Shown piece by piece: positions 12,801 to 27,800 of a DNA stretch of 64,000 nt. Origin of the DNA: Rhina ancylostomus (lineage: Eukaryota). The position numbers and the translations under genes were made by a program. How positions within the stretch are numbered: the stretch's first letter is position 1; each line of letters starts with the position of its first letter. The notes below the pieces were generated by a model, which saw only the letters and a program-made list of their open reading frames with translations, was not told where the DNA came from and did not search any database. The stretch spans positions 36,656,118 through 36,720,117 of the forward strand of contig JARFYF010000053.1 in assembly GCA_030265395.1 (NCBI GenBank). The letters are read 5' to 3'.

Positions 12801-15800
12801 AGAGCTTTTAAAGAAATAGGGCAAAGGAACAATGGAGCTAAAAGTCCATGGAAACGGATAATCAGCATCCGGTAGTGCAAAAACTGCAAATAATCCGTGA
12901 TTTGGGCTTGATATTCCAACATTCTTTCAACCTGGGAAAATTACTGTAGATTGGACATTGGAAAATGCAATCCAACGGATAAAAAAATAAGGGGAGGCGG
13001 TAAGCAGCTAATTGCATATCAATAATTCAAACACCCCTAGCAGGATGATTCCAGAATATATTGTAAAAGATGTAATATAAAATACTTGGAAATCATCAAG
13101 ATACTTTCACTCATCCAACACGTGTTTATGAAAGTTAAATTATGACTAAATTCTACTGGAGAATTATTCTGAAAATGTAATTACTTGCATATATTCAGTG
13201 TGGTGTGTATGGACTTCCGGAAGACCTTTAACAAGGTTCCATCAAGAGATGAGTATGCAAAACTAAAGCATACGGGGTTGTGGGAAATAAATGCCTGGAC
13301 CGGGCTTTCTTTGGAGATGATAGAACTCTGAAACAGATTACTCATGAAGTGGGCGAACATGAACGTCGATATTTCAATTTCAGTCTTTACGTAAAGTGCA
13401 TCGGAATCATTTTAACTATCCTTTAGCCAAGTGAGTTGTCTTAACGATATTTAAGATGATTTCGACTCTTATGGACTATAGATTTAATGGAATAACTGCA
13501 CCAATATGGTTGGAAATAAATTCGTCTTTTTAACGAAATGTTTCTTCTTATTGGAAACTCCAGTTTACCTGAAGATCAGAAAATGGACTGATATTTGAAG
13601 CACAATATATCTTGTGAATTGTGAATTCATGCATTTTTCTGCATACCTGTGTCTTGAAGAAGTTTGTCAAGATCTTAATGAAAAATGTACAAATTGNNNN
13701 NNNNNNNNNNNNNCAGAAACATAAATTAAATGATAGCCTATTAACATGTGCAGAAATAAATTCGATTGTTCCTGTGCCACACCGTTCGCTCGATTTGTCT
13801 GGCTTCTTCACTTGGCACCCTATCCAGCCGTGGATCAGGCTTGACCTGTATGTAAAGCACTTATGTCCGAGGGAATAGTCTTGGAGAGTTGAATTTAATT
13901 CATTTGGAAAGTAATGTTCTTGTTAATGGTGTCCCCATCTTTCCGCTCTCCTCCCTGCAGCAGTGAGGCAATTGGACCGTGCATTTTTGAAGATTTCAAA
14001 ATAAAATTTTAATTCCCAATATTTTTTTCTTTTTTGTCACATATTCCAGGGGGGTAAGAGAGGATCAAAACTCTCGGTTATATCAATTATGTAATGGGTG
14101 TGATGGGTCTCAGAATAATACACTTTAATGGGAAAGCCAACACGATATATAACACCGCAATCACAGGGATGAATCTGTATTGACTTTGTTTTTGCAACTG
14201 TGATTCTCATGAGGTATGGTTAGTTACGTCTGTTCTCTATTTTTGGAATAACTTTGCTTATATTACTTAAAGCGATTTGAAGAGTGTTTAAATGTTAAAC
14301 TAATAAAAGCCTTGCACAGTGAAAAGTTGCCAAAGGCAAGCGGGATGTTCGGGCGACATGGACGCTCTACTTCCCGAAGCTAAATTGAATCTTCGAACAC
14401 GTAGCCCTCACCATTCCCTGTATCGGCCTATCATATCAGGAAAAATATACAGCTCTTGAGATGCAACCAAAGGAAACAAATTCGAGTGAACCTATCAAAT
14501 ATTATTTTAATTTTGGACGACTGTCTAAACAAAAACTATTACACAACCTGATTGTCATTTCGGAAATTATTTGCGTACTTTATGAATATTTTATGAAAAC
14601 AGCAATTAATTCAAAGAACGATATTTAAAATGTATTCTCCACTGAGATTTCCACAGTGCATTGCATCATCCTCCATGGCAAAACCTTAAATCCACAAATG
14701 GGGTAAATAGAAAAGACGAACAACAGTGGATTATAGAATTCAGGTCTAAATACATGAAATGATGAAACTTCCAATTTTCGTTGCAACTCCATTTATTACT
14801 CTGATATGCAACCAACCAGATGAAGTTGGACATCCAAATCCGTAGGCATCAATGCCCGAAGAGATGGACTAAGTTGTGGGAATGTGACATACTTTTCGAA
14901 AATGACACAATCAGGTTAATTGATTGATAACGAAAAAGACAAATCATATCGTCATAATTTTAGAATATTTAATCTATGGGATATCCAAAACTTTGTGGAA
15001 GGAAAGACAAATCTCGTTGAAATACAAACGGGGTCCGAAGCTTGCAGAATAGCATTTGACTCTAATTCAAAGTAGGTACTTACGTCAATGGTAAATGAAA
15101 TAGAAAGTCCGAATGGTGATGATTACAACGTTGAAAAATCATGGGAAATTAGTTTTGAGTTTATTTATTGTTCCCATCGATTGAAAGTTTCTGGTAACTT
15201 CGAGGTTTTAGAGCACTGATGTGATAACGCATGCATTTATTTAGAACTATTGCATGAATATTGATAACAAATATAGAAATTGAAATTAAAGAAAATAATT
15301 CGGAGGAAAGGTGAAATGAACGTTATTATTTTAAAGCGGAGTTCCGAATCGAGTGAGTGACATTAGGTTACATTCAGAAATCGGCCACTGTGAAATTAAA
15401 TTGACCGTCATTGAATGGATTCGTTGAAATTTGGAGAGGTTGTCATGATTCTGAGTTCTGGCCATCAATTTGGCTCCATTAATGCCTTGCTGTTCAGCAC
15501 ATGGATTCCATGCTGGACTGATTAGTTAACAATACACACCTGAGCCCCATCAGGTGCCTAGCATAAGAACCTGTGTTTCCCTGGCACTAGTTGCCATAGT
15601 ATTGCTCTACCTTTAGGTATACTTTGGTTCCAGTTGCTTAGAGTGGTGTACTCGAGAGCAGTCCTGTGTTCTCTGTTCCTTTGTGAAGATCCAGTTTGTC
15701 TTGGGTTTCCTCTTCTGATCTCCGAGGCAAGATTCCTTCCAGTTACTGCCTGTGTTTGTCCTCAGGAAGTATCCTGACTCCGGTCTTGTATCAGTGTGCC

Positions 15801-18800
15801 GCATTTGGGTTCTCTGTGACTTTGTCCCGGATCAACATTGTGACATACACAGCACCCAATCCCAAACATCCGACTTCCTGGTGGGCTCATCAACAAGTTG
15901 CTCCAAAAATGTGTCCCGTGAACACTCCACAAACTTAATCTCCTGTGATGCACTGCCTTGCTGGATTTCCCAGTCCACTTTCGTGTTGAAATCCCCATAA
16001 TTATCTTAATGTTGTCACTCTGGCACGCTTTTTCCATTTCTAGCTGTAGCTTATAATCTGATTCCTGACTGCTATTAGGGGGCCTGTATATAACTGCTCC
16101 TAATGTCTTTTTACCCTTGCTATTTCTTAGCTCCATCTACAAGGATACCACCTCTTCTGACCCAATGTCTTTCCTCTCAATTGATTTTATATTGTCGCTA
16201 ACCATCATGGCGACACCACCACATCTGCCTGCCCGCCTATCCTTCCTATACACTGTGTACCCCTGGACATTCAGTTCCCAATCACATCCGTCATAAAGCC
16301 ATGACGCGGTGATTGCCACAATGTCAAATTTCTTAATCTGTAGCTGTGCCACTAAGTCATTTACTTTATTCCTAACGCGACGTGCATTTAAATATAGAGC
16401 ATTTAGTCTAGTATACTCCATTGATTTTTTTGTACTTCTATTGTTCGGCAAATTATCCTGACTTTTCACCTGTCTGTCCTTTTTACCATCCTCGCTACAC
16501 ACTATCATGGATTTGCTTCTATATACCTCCTCCTCTATCCTAACATCCTGGTTTGTTACACTTCTTTTGTTCAGCAAATTATCCTGACTCTTCACCTGCC
16601 TGTCCTTCCTGCCATTCTCGCTGCACACTGTCATGGACTTGTTTCTATAAACGTCCTTCCTTTCCTTATCATCTTGTGACCTGACATCTTGGTTTCCATC
16701 CCCCTGCCAGATTAGTTTAAACCCTCATCAACTGCTAAATTAAACATTCCCGCCAGGATATTAGACCCTTTAGAGTTCAGGTGTAACCCATCCTTAGTGA
16801 ATAAGTCATGCCTCCCCTAAAAGAGGTCCCTATGGTCCAGGAATCTGAAGCCCTGCCCCCTACACCAGTCACTCAGCCAAGCATTCAACAACCATATATT
16901 TCTATCCTGACTGCCGTTTGTACATGGCACAGGTTGTAATCCTGAAATTACCACCTTAGAGGTCCTACTTCTCAACTTTCTTCCTTTTTCTACCGATATC
17001 GTTGGTACCTACATGTCCCAAGGCTTTTGGCTGATCACCCTCTCTCCTCAGAATATTCTGGACCCGGTCTGTGACATCCCGTACCCTGGCACCATGGAGG
17101 AAGCACACCATCCTGGATTCATTGTCGGATTCGCAGAATTGTCTATCAGTTCCCCTCACTATAGAATCCCCAATAACCACTGCATTGCTCCTTCCCCGCT
17201 GGACCACAGTACCACGCACGGTGCCAAGGTCCCGGTTGCTGTGGTCTTCCTCTGGCAGGTCATCCTCTCCAAAAGAATCTAAAATGAGATCCGATTTTCA
17301 AGGGGGACCGCCACAGAGGTACTTTCTACAAACTCTTTATAACTTCTGTCTATTTACTGCTCGTTCTCCCTCACCAGCCGAAGGTCATCGAGTTGCTGCT
17401 CCAGACTCTCAACACATTCGTTGAGGAGTCGTATCTTGGTGCACTTTGTGAAGATGTAGTTATCTGGGAGGCTGGTAGTCTCACAGGGTCCCCACATCTG
17501 GCACTCTAAACACAGGACCAAACCCAAATGCATGTTGCTATAGCACTGTCCGAACTATACCACTGAGGTAAATAAACTAATAACTTACCCCCTCTCTATA
17601 TGTCTCTCCTTTCACCCGTTCTCTCCTTTCACCCGTTCTTGCCTAATTCCGTTGGGCTAAAGCCCAGAACACTCCACTGCCCGCTCCGACGTTGCCCACT
17701 GGATATGGAAGACTTCTTTTCAATCGCCCGCGCTTTCCCCAGTGACGTCACGCGCCTGCGCATCACTGGCCACAGTCCCAAATGCCAGAAGGGGAAAAAC
17801 TCACTCTTTGTTAGTTTCAGGCACTCTCCGCTCTCTCGCCGCTGGAAGCACCCTCTGGGCCATACTGTCCCACAGATGCCTTGTGCATTTGGCTTTAACC
17901 AATACACATGTATCTTTGGGGCATAGCTGGTGAACTTCAATCATTTATCTGAGCTGGCGCAAGAATTCTGCATTCCCACACGCAACTTTAAGTGAGGGCG
18001 GCTCAGACAAAATGCTTTGCTTCTGCCTGGGGTGAAGGGTTTGTGAATTGTAGTGATCAGTGTCAGGGGCCGGCTGGCTCAGCAGGATTCTGGGCCTGTT
18101 TTGTCTGACCTTGATAGGTGCCATCCCGATCGGCAAGGCTGGGGACAACCTCTCCTGTGTGCTGGCACGTTCTCACTTGTCACCTTCCCGGGCCAGTACT
18201 TCCCAATCCACGTCTTCACCTTCTTCTTTGGCCATTCCCATGACTGCTGCCCAGTGAGCACCCGCCCGCTGGGCCTTTCTCCATTTATCTCTCAGACTAT
18301 CCAGCTCCCTGACTGAATGATCCTGATATTGTTCCAATTCCGCTGTCTGCTTCTTATACATATCTCTCACTCTCTCTTTGCATCCCATTCAACTCTTCTC
18401 TGTACCTGTCCTCTTCCTTCTCCTGCCTCTTGCTGTGCCTGACACTGATTTCTCTCTTGCAAGTATTTCCATGCTAATTCCCACATTAAACAAAAGACAA
18501 GGGAATGACAAAAATAAACAGAACAGACTGAAACCCAGAGAGGACGTCCTCTGCAATATTCCACTTCTGTGCCACTGAGCTCAGGCTGACGACTGCATTC
18601 TGTTTCACACCAAACTTTCTTACCCCAAAGTTTCAAACTTATTCTGAACCCACACAAACAAATGCCGAACGAGTCTCCAAAACGAGTGTACACGCACCCT
18701 TCTGGTGTCCCGAACGGACAATGACCACCTTTCATAACTGGTAGTCCTGTCTCACCAACTACCCAATACTGTCTGGCAGCTGGTCCCTTGCACAAACACA

Positions 18801-21800
18801 TACAACACATTTATATCTTCCAGCTCAGCTCTCCGCTGTGTTCTTTAATACTTTGTGATCCTGTGATCGTTGGCTTGAACAAATATAAGGATGGGTGCTA
18901 CACCGAAAAATACTCATATGTTCTGTCTTCCAAAACTACACAGATTATCTGGAGAGATTCCAACAGAATCTGCTTCTCCCGACACAATGTTTTACACTGT
19001 TTAAACACAAATATAACAGTAAATGATTAACTACAGTTTCAATGGCTATAGTCACCTGTTTAACATTAACATTTTGAATATAGTCAGGTAAATTGGCAGA
19101 ATACATAATTACAATGGGACCATATCCCAACCAGCAGAANNNNNNNNNNNNNNNNNNNNNNNNNNNNNNNNNNNNNNNNNNNNNNNNNNNNNNNNNNNNN
19201 NNNNNNNNNNNNNNNNNNNNNNNNNNNNNNNNNNNNNNNCAGTTACTGCCTGTGTTTGTCCTGAGGAAGTATCCTGACTCCAGTCTTGTATCAGTGTGCC
19301 TCATTTGGGTTCTCTGGATCAACATTGTGAGAGAGGTCGGTAAAAATAATGCAGATGCAGCGTGTTAATTGGATAGCTGTAGGGAAATACAGATAGACTT
19401 TTCTTTTGGTAAAAAAAATCATTATTTACTTTTTCTACATGCTTTTTTCCTAATGTACAAACGAACCATGAATAATTGGAATGGTGCATTTACCTTTGAT
19501 GGGACACATGGCCTTCTGTTACTGCTTTCAGGTTAAATTGGGATAGGTGTTGTTGAAATGTATCTCAAAGTGTTCCGTTTCAGTATTGACTGGGACATTC
19601 CTGGAAATATATAAACTTCAGAAATGTCCTTGTTATTGCATCCGAAATTACAAGGTACGCATTTATCGGTAGTACCAAGCTTTCTTCGCTTGTACTCGCA
19701 CGCTGGAATTCTACAGCCTTTACTTGCAGATTACTTGGCTGTGAAAATTCTGTTGGTACTTTGCTGAGTGGAAAATCTTCAGTCCTTTGCGATGAGAATA
19801 ATATTCTCACAGATAGATGAGGATTATATATTTGTGCTCAGGAAAATGTTCGGCTCAGTTAAAATATGTGTTATCAGCTTTAACATTTTATTTTGGTAAT
19901 CTGCTCAGAGATCTTTTAAGGAACCTTTGTTGTGGTTGAATGTTTGTGACTGCCAACGCATTTACTCACTTTCTGAACACTTTGAGGTTCAAAAGCAGGA
20001 TTAAGACATTGAATGTAAGTGAAGGAAGAATTTTCGCAACCAGTTGTTATATGTTGCCGTAAACTGCTCCTTGGGCGAGATTTTCTGCCCATCTTCAACT
20101 TCATCCATCCCTCACATGACCGCATTAAAAAGTGAAATGTTTTTCCGCGACACTATCCTTCCTCATCAGCGACTGGTCTGGCATTTCTCGAAATTTGACA
20201 CTGACAGAGCAGCAAATTCTATTTAGATTTGTCGATAAGGGGAGCGGACTAGTAGTCGACATAATAATATTGCACTGTCCATAAAACTGGACTCCAGCAC
20301 GAACGTGATCTATCCGAAGATGAATGGCGGGTTGAGCTGAAATGTAAAACCCATAGTTCCTTCAATTAACCGAAGTAGGTTCGGAGTTGTGAGGAGGCAA
20401 CGGTCACTGTTTTCTCTGTAATCACACCCCAGCCCACTCAATGAAATCAGAGGCCACGATGGCATTTTTGTAGCTCAATTGTCCAAAGGCGTATCAGATG
20501 TTGTTGAACGCATCTTATAAAGAGATATTTTGAAATATTTCACACAAACACCAGTAAATCAACACATATATTAAAACCCTTATTTCATGATAAAACAAAA
20601 CGAATATTAAATATAATTTGAAACGCCTTAAAACAAACTAGCCAGTCAATCGGTGTTATAATAGAATATATAAAACAATTTTGCATGCCTACATTTATAG
20701 TTTTTACTCATTAATACTCATGACAACCACACCCGGTGTAATTTCAGGAGACCTGTAGCAAATTTAACCAGTCTCTGAGCTCAACACAGAAGCTTAAGTT
20801 TCTTCACTTAATCAACTGTCGAGAACAAAGCAGGACGTCAGATGAGCCAGTTCCTTCTTGATCTAATCGATTCAATGCGGATCTACAGATATCAATCACG
20901 AGCTGACCAGTGAACATGACATAGCCAGTGGTTCACCACAGAGTCGCCAGTCACAGGTGGTCATGTTTTCTACTACTTTACACGTGTTGCATCAATATGT
21001 TATTCTTCTAGTGCCTAACAACACTACCCCACCCCAGACGTGCACAAACACACAAACGGATAATTTTATAGGTTCCATTTAAATCACCTGCATTAAAATA
21101 AGTGAAGAATCGTTCTGCAAAAGAAGTAAAAGTGAATATTCGCCAGAAAATTGAGACCAAGTCTGAGATTTTACAGTGAAGCAAATTATCTGTTGGGATA
21201 TTTCTCTTTTTGTACAACCAAAACTAAACAAACTGGAACATTTTAGCTGGTTGTCCTGTCAAGTAAAATGTTTGCGAAGTGATTTCAATTCAGCGTGTTT
21301 ATATATTTATTGTATATTTATGAGGAAAGTATTAATTTACTGTTCATGGTGCTTCATTAACTCCAATGAAGCAAATAATTGTAGTCACATCATAATTCTC
21401 AAATACAAATGTGAATCCTGCGAACTATTTATACCATTGAACCAAGCAGGATATCAATGTGAATGTCTTACAAATTTAAATTTAATCTGCTTACCGCCTA
21501 ACATTGAGAGCCAACGGAATACAGAAAAAAAAATCCATATAATTCTGGTTTCAACAGGCTAAATTGTATGGATTAGCTTGTATATAACCTCCATTGCTGT
21601 TTATGATTTCAAACAATATTGTAGAGTGTTTGCATCAGGCTAATTAAGTGAGGATTATGGTGAATTCATGGAGTTATATATCATAACTGCACAGTTTTTT
21701 GTTCAACCTGTTAAGGAGCAGGTTGCTGTTTGATGATTGTCCCTTTAAGACATATTACAGTAGAGTAGTGTGTGTGTGGGGTCATCACGACCGGAAGAAG

Positions 21801-24800
21801 ATAACAACGTGCTGACGTTTGTCAGTGAGTCAGAAAGACAGAGAGGGAAAGAGAGACACTGACTGTTGGTCTCTGTACCGATGGATGAAGATCAATAACT
21901 GTGTCCGTCACTACAATCTACGTATGGATTATTGGAGCAATGCAGTAGAGACCACTTTTTAGTTAACCTGTAGAGAGAAACAGTTATTTGTGGGGACGGC
22001 ACGTCTCGAATGCCTTTCGGGTGGCAGATACTTCGGAGCAAAGCATAGGAGCTCATCAGTGATTGAGATGCCGTATGGGTTCCATCGTGGAACATCTGGA
22101 TTTCGTAATTTCTCTCTATTCCCTCTCTACATTTTCTATTCAGTCAACGGTGGTTTTACAAAAACTTTGCTCACGTTTCACCTATGACTTGCTGAACTGA
22201 AATTTGAGAATATTCCTGGACTTGGAGTTTGAGAATTTGCCACACACACACACTTCGAGTTTAGTTTTGGGGTTAATGTTTAATATCTAACATTTTTAAT
22301 TTTCTTATATTTTTTATTATTATCAGTAGTTATTAACAACATAGTTTCTAAGAATTATACATGACTCGGTGGGTTTCTTTTGTTGCTGGTACGTAACAAA
22401 CCCCATTAAAATGTCAAGTGCCTGCCATCAACATACAGAGTATCTCTTTTAGATAGAAGCTCAACCGTGCAATCCATGTATATATTTTACCAACAACAGA
22501 ATGTTAAATGTTTCGTGTCCCAGGACGAATGGTTCAATTGCTAACATCCCAATGCGTTTTTTCCTGTACAAACCATAATTTAGGAGCTTCATGCAATTGT
22601 CTCCATTTGTTGGATGTGTGCCCCCACAAAACTTAAATCAAGGTCCAGTGAGCCCATGACTTTGAATACCAAGAACTGTACGGAAAGTAACTGCAGGCAA
22701 ATATCGCCAGCTCCTGTTTACCTTGGAAGTATTCAGTGTCTTTACATGGGCATATCCTGCATTCATTCATGATTGTTGGTCCTAACCCCGTGGAATATCC
22801 ACCCAAAAGAACCAAGAACGCCTGTTAGCAGAATATCTCCACCGATTATAGAATTTGTAGGAAGGATAGTAAGGAATCGGCGATAAATCCTGGCAAGGCC
22901 AGCGGTGCTAACATTCGGAAGTAATGAGTAAATGTAAATGTACAAGGCAGACTATGGCACAGAAGTAGCATAAATGCACTGTAAATGCTGTTCTGTTTGA
23001 AGTCAAACGAATTCAACTCACCCGTGTTTTTATTAGGATCCTTTTTTCTCGCTAGAAATGTAACACAAATAATATTAGTGTAAGTAAATCAAAACAAAGC
23101 GTGAATGGACATCCGACGCCTCTGCAAATTTAGAATGCAGCTGCAGCTTATGGAAATTATGCCGCCACTTCCGAATAGCATGCATCCCAGTTTGCCAAGG
23201 GACGCGAAGTTGGAGATAGCGGACCTGCTTTCATTTCTTTATTACTCCCATGATACGAAAGGAGATTTAATTGAACTGCAAATGGCAAGGAAGACCACCG
23301 TATTCAAAGAGAAGCGTTAGTTATTACACAAAATAATTCGTGCGCCAGTTATATGTCAATGCTGGGCAATGTCCTAGTTAGGTCCACTTTTGGTTAACAC
23401 AGTGTGTAATGCACGTTTATGTTCCTGATAGGCCGTAAATAGTGGTAATGGTGGAGGGGCGTGAGTGTCAGAATGTAACAAAATGTATCCAAAGATGTTT
23501 GCTTTTATCTGTATGATCAGAGAGAATTCTAAATGTTCTCTCGAAGCAGACATGATTGATTGTAAACTTGATCAAAGTAACATCATTCTTCAAGCCTTGT
23601 AAAAGATGAATGAGGAAGTGAAATATTGCTCCTATGAACCAGTAGCACAAGAGTTAGGACATTGTAACGCACTGTGCAAAATTAAACGTGAGAGGTACGG
23701 TGAAATTTTTGTTTTAGGGAGAGAGCAGACATAGCCTAAAACCTGTTGTCCATGATTGCGATGGAAACTGTGTGAGATCAATGATTGTCGAAGGATATTC
23801 GGTAAGCACTTGTAGGGATAAGCATTTGCAGCGCTACGACAATCGGAAGATTGTAAAAGAGCCTGATTCAAGACCCCTACCACCCGCATGTGCGATGGAC
23901 CCTATGGCCTTTTGTTGTACCTACATAAACGTAAGGCATATCATAGGTGTGGATACATGTGTGGATACAAGAGCCCTCAGCTTCTTGTGTATATCTCTCT
24001 ACTGAATAGAAATATGACTGCAATTCTACAACAGAACTATGTTCCTACACTAAAACGTATTCATTGATTCAATTCTTTTGAAGGGCAAGGCCGGTAGGCG
24101 TAGGGAACCCTGGATTACAAGCGATATTGAATGCCTGGCCAGGATAAAGAAGGGGCGTTTGTTAGGTACATGCAGCAGGGATCAAATGAATCCCTGGAGG
24201 AATATTAGGGGGTACAGAGGTGTGCTCAAGAAGGAAACAAGCAGGTTAAAAAAGGGAGCATGATTCAACTTTGGCAGAGAAGATTAAGGAAAATACAAAA
24301 CGAATTTAAGTATATTAAAGGAAAAAGAGTAACTGGAGAGAGAATACAACCTCTCGAAGACTAAAAGGGACACCTTATTGTGGATCCGCATGAGATGAGC
24401 AAGGTCCTCAATGAATATGTCTCCTCTGTCTTAAAATGTATGAAGGTAGACCTGACCAGGGCCAGGATTTTCCAGGAACACTGTGTGAGGCCAGAGAAGA
24501 AATTGCGGGAGCACTGGCAGAGGTATTTGTATCATCGTAAACTACGGGTGAGGTGCCAGTAGACTGGAGGGCAGCGAATATTTTGCCTTTATTTAAGAAG
24601 GGCAGCAAAGAAAAATGTGGAATTATCGGTCAGTAAAGCTAACATCTGTGATGGGTAATTTACGAGAGAAGATTCTGAGTGTTAAGGTATGCGTGCAGCT
24701 AGAAAGACAGGGGTTGAATAGGGGTAATCAACATCACTTTGTGCATTGGAAATCATATATTAAGAACTTGATTGCGATTTTTGATGATGTGACCAATAAC

Positions 24801-27800
24801 GTTTATGAGGGCAAGGGATATACGTGGTTCAAATGGACTTCAGTAATGCCTCTGATAAGGCTTCACATGGTCAGCTGCTCTTGCAGGGTAGCTCACATGG
24901 AACCCAGGGAGAACTAGGTAAATGGACATACAGTTTGTTTGTTGGGAGAAAGCAAACGATGATGGTGGAAGTTTGTTTCACGTACCGGATGCCCGTCACT
25001 ATTCTTGTGCCTCAGAGTTCGGTGCTGGGCCCATTGTTGTTCATTATCTATATCAACGATTTGGATAATAATACGCAAAACATGGTTGGTAAGTTTGTAG
25101 ATGATAGTAAAATGGACGGTATGGACACCTAAAAAAGTTATCAGAAATTACAGGGGCTCTAGATCAGCTGAGTAAATGGGCCTAAGAATGGAACTTGGAG
25201 ATGTGCGATGTGTGGCAGTTTGATAGTCACATCCGGGTCGAATTTGCACAGTAAACGGCATGCCCTTGGGGAGTGTTACAGAGCTGAGGGAAATTGGACT
25301 ACAGTTGCATAGTTCACTGAAAGTGGAGGCACAAGTAGACAGGGTGAGGAAGAAGACTTTTAACACGTTAGCCGTCATGTTAGGGCATTGAGTATAAAAG
25401 TTTGGAGGTTATGCTGCGGTTACAGAATACGCTGGTGAAGCCGGACATGGAGTATCGTGCTCATGTTTGGTCGCCCTGTTGTTGGAAGGATGTTTTTAAA
25501 CTGGAAAGAGTGCGGAAAAGATTTACAAGGATGCTGCCAGGACTTGAGGGACTGAGGTACAGGGATAGGTTCGAGTGGCTAGGACTTTATTCCTTCGAAC
25601 GTAGAAGACTGAGAGGTGAACTTATTGAGGTGAATACAATTATGAGGAGCACAGATAGCGTGAATATACTCAGGCTTTTTTCCAGAGTTGGGATATCAAG
25701 AAGTACAGGGCCCATATTTAAGCTGAAAGGGAAAAGATTTAAGAGAAGCATGAGGGGCAACTTCTTTTCACTATGGGTGAAATCCATATGGAATGACCTG
25801 TCAGAGGAAGTGTTTGAGACAGTTATTAAAACAACCTATAAAAAGACAGTTGGACAGGTACATGGATTGGAAAGGTTCAGACGTTTTTGGGACGAACGAA
25901 GGCAAGTAGGATAAGCATGGGTAGGACATCTTTGTCAGCATGGACCAGTTGGTATGAACGGCTTGTTTCTGTGCTGTATGACTCCATGACGCTATTATTA
26001 AGACCCCATTATCAAGTCATTTATGTATCCTGCAATTAATTTGCACCTATCTGGAAAATAATTATATGGATTTGCTCGTATTTCAGTGAAGAAACTTCTA
26101 CCCATTTAAATCCCGAATGTGCCAGCCCTTATTTTGCCTCTAAATATCTCAGACAGGGGGAATGCCCATCTGTGCCATCTACCTTATCAACTCCTGTCAT
26201 GATTTTGGATGCTTGATGAGATGCATTCTTGCTCTTCCAAATCCCAGAACACATTAGCACAGATAGAAAAAAAAATCCAGAAAGCAATATGATAACGTGT
26301 TATTGCCTTACGTTCTTTAGGTAAAGAGACCACACCTCTGCACAAAGTACCCGATACGGTTCTTATGAAGCAGGAGGTGCTCAATATTTTACTCAAATAA
26401 CTGTTGAATTAAAGACTAGCACAAGGCTGAAAAGGCAAAGGCAAGCCTCTAGGACAAGCCTTCAGGGATTCCCAAGGATAACATTGAATTCCACCCGAAT
26501 GTGAATATTTACAATTATTCGCAATTTGAGAACTAATCTGACGGTTTCTTTCTAAATAAGAAGACCATACATTCGATGAAGATTATGTTACGTCTTCCAT
26601 GCTCACTTCAAAGAACTTATTCTGACAATATCTCCCGAAGACTCTGTACCTTCTTGACGACGTACACTGTTTTTCAGATTAATGTTATCAGAAAGACTGC
26701 ATGTATTCTGTCAATTGACGCCCTTCACTGAAGACCCAGTACCGTTCCCGACAGCATTCCACCACTCGCAGCGTCCCAATGCGAATTCAACCTGTTTATC
26801 CCTTTTACCTTTATTCTCCCTGTTACTTAAACGCCATCCATGCCCGATCATTACCACCTCCCTCTGTCTTATGATTTGCTTAATGATATCTGGCATCCCA
26901 TATAATTGAACGACATGTTGAACACCCAAATGCATCATATTTCCACCTTGCCTTATTTTGATATGTTCAACATAAAACATATCAACAGATTTAATAAACA
27001 TGACATCATGTTAATAAATTCAGGTTGACGCTGTTCAATCTTATTGCTATTTGTGTCATCCGTTAGCGTACATTGAATAAAGGTATCTAACTTTTTTCCC
27101 TACTACTATTGTAAAGTTAACTGAAATGGCGATGTCTTTTTTTCTGAAGTTGTGAAGTTATATTTATTCAAATCCATTGTAAGTCAGCTACTGGAGAACC
27201 AATGCAGTTTTGGAAATTGAGAAGCAGTGCACCCGTGATTTCTATCGCCTCAACTTTTATTGGCTTCGGATGAAATCTTTAGGATTTATGGTTTACTATC
27301 TCACTTGAGGTCAGCAAATTGTATTAAAATTATCTTAACCGGCAGATGCCACCCAACACAAGAAATTGCTTCACTATCTAGTGAAGAAGGCTGTTTTTCT
27401 CAAATTTCTCATTCTTTTGAGATCAAACGTCCACCTTCATTTGCCCAATTAAATATGAAATACAATACAAGAGGGCATGGCTTTAAAGTAATGGGTGGGA
27501 AGTTCAAGGCAGATATAAGAGGGAGGTTTTTTACCTAGAGAGTGGTTGGGGCGTGGGATGCGCTGCCCGGTGCAGTGAAGGAGGCAGATTCATTGGTAAA
27601 ATTCAAGAGATTGCTAGAAAAAAACACATGGAGGAATTTAAAATAGAGGGATTTGTGGGAGGATGTTAGATGTTAGATGGTGTGAAGCGAGGTCTGCACA
27701 GCACTGTGGGCCGAAGTGACTGTATTGTGCTCTACCGTTCTATGGTTCTAAATCTGTAATGTAAATATTCATATCATAATTTATTATGCCGCATCCAGTT

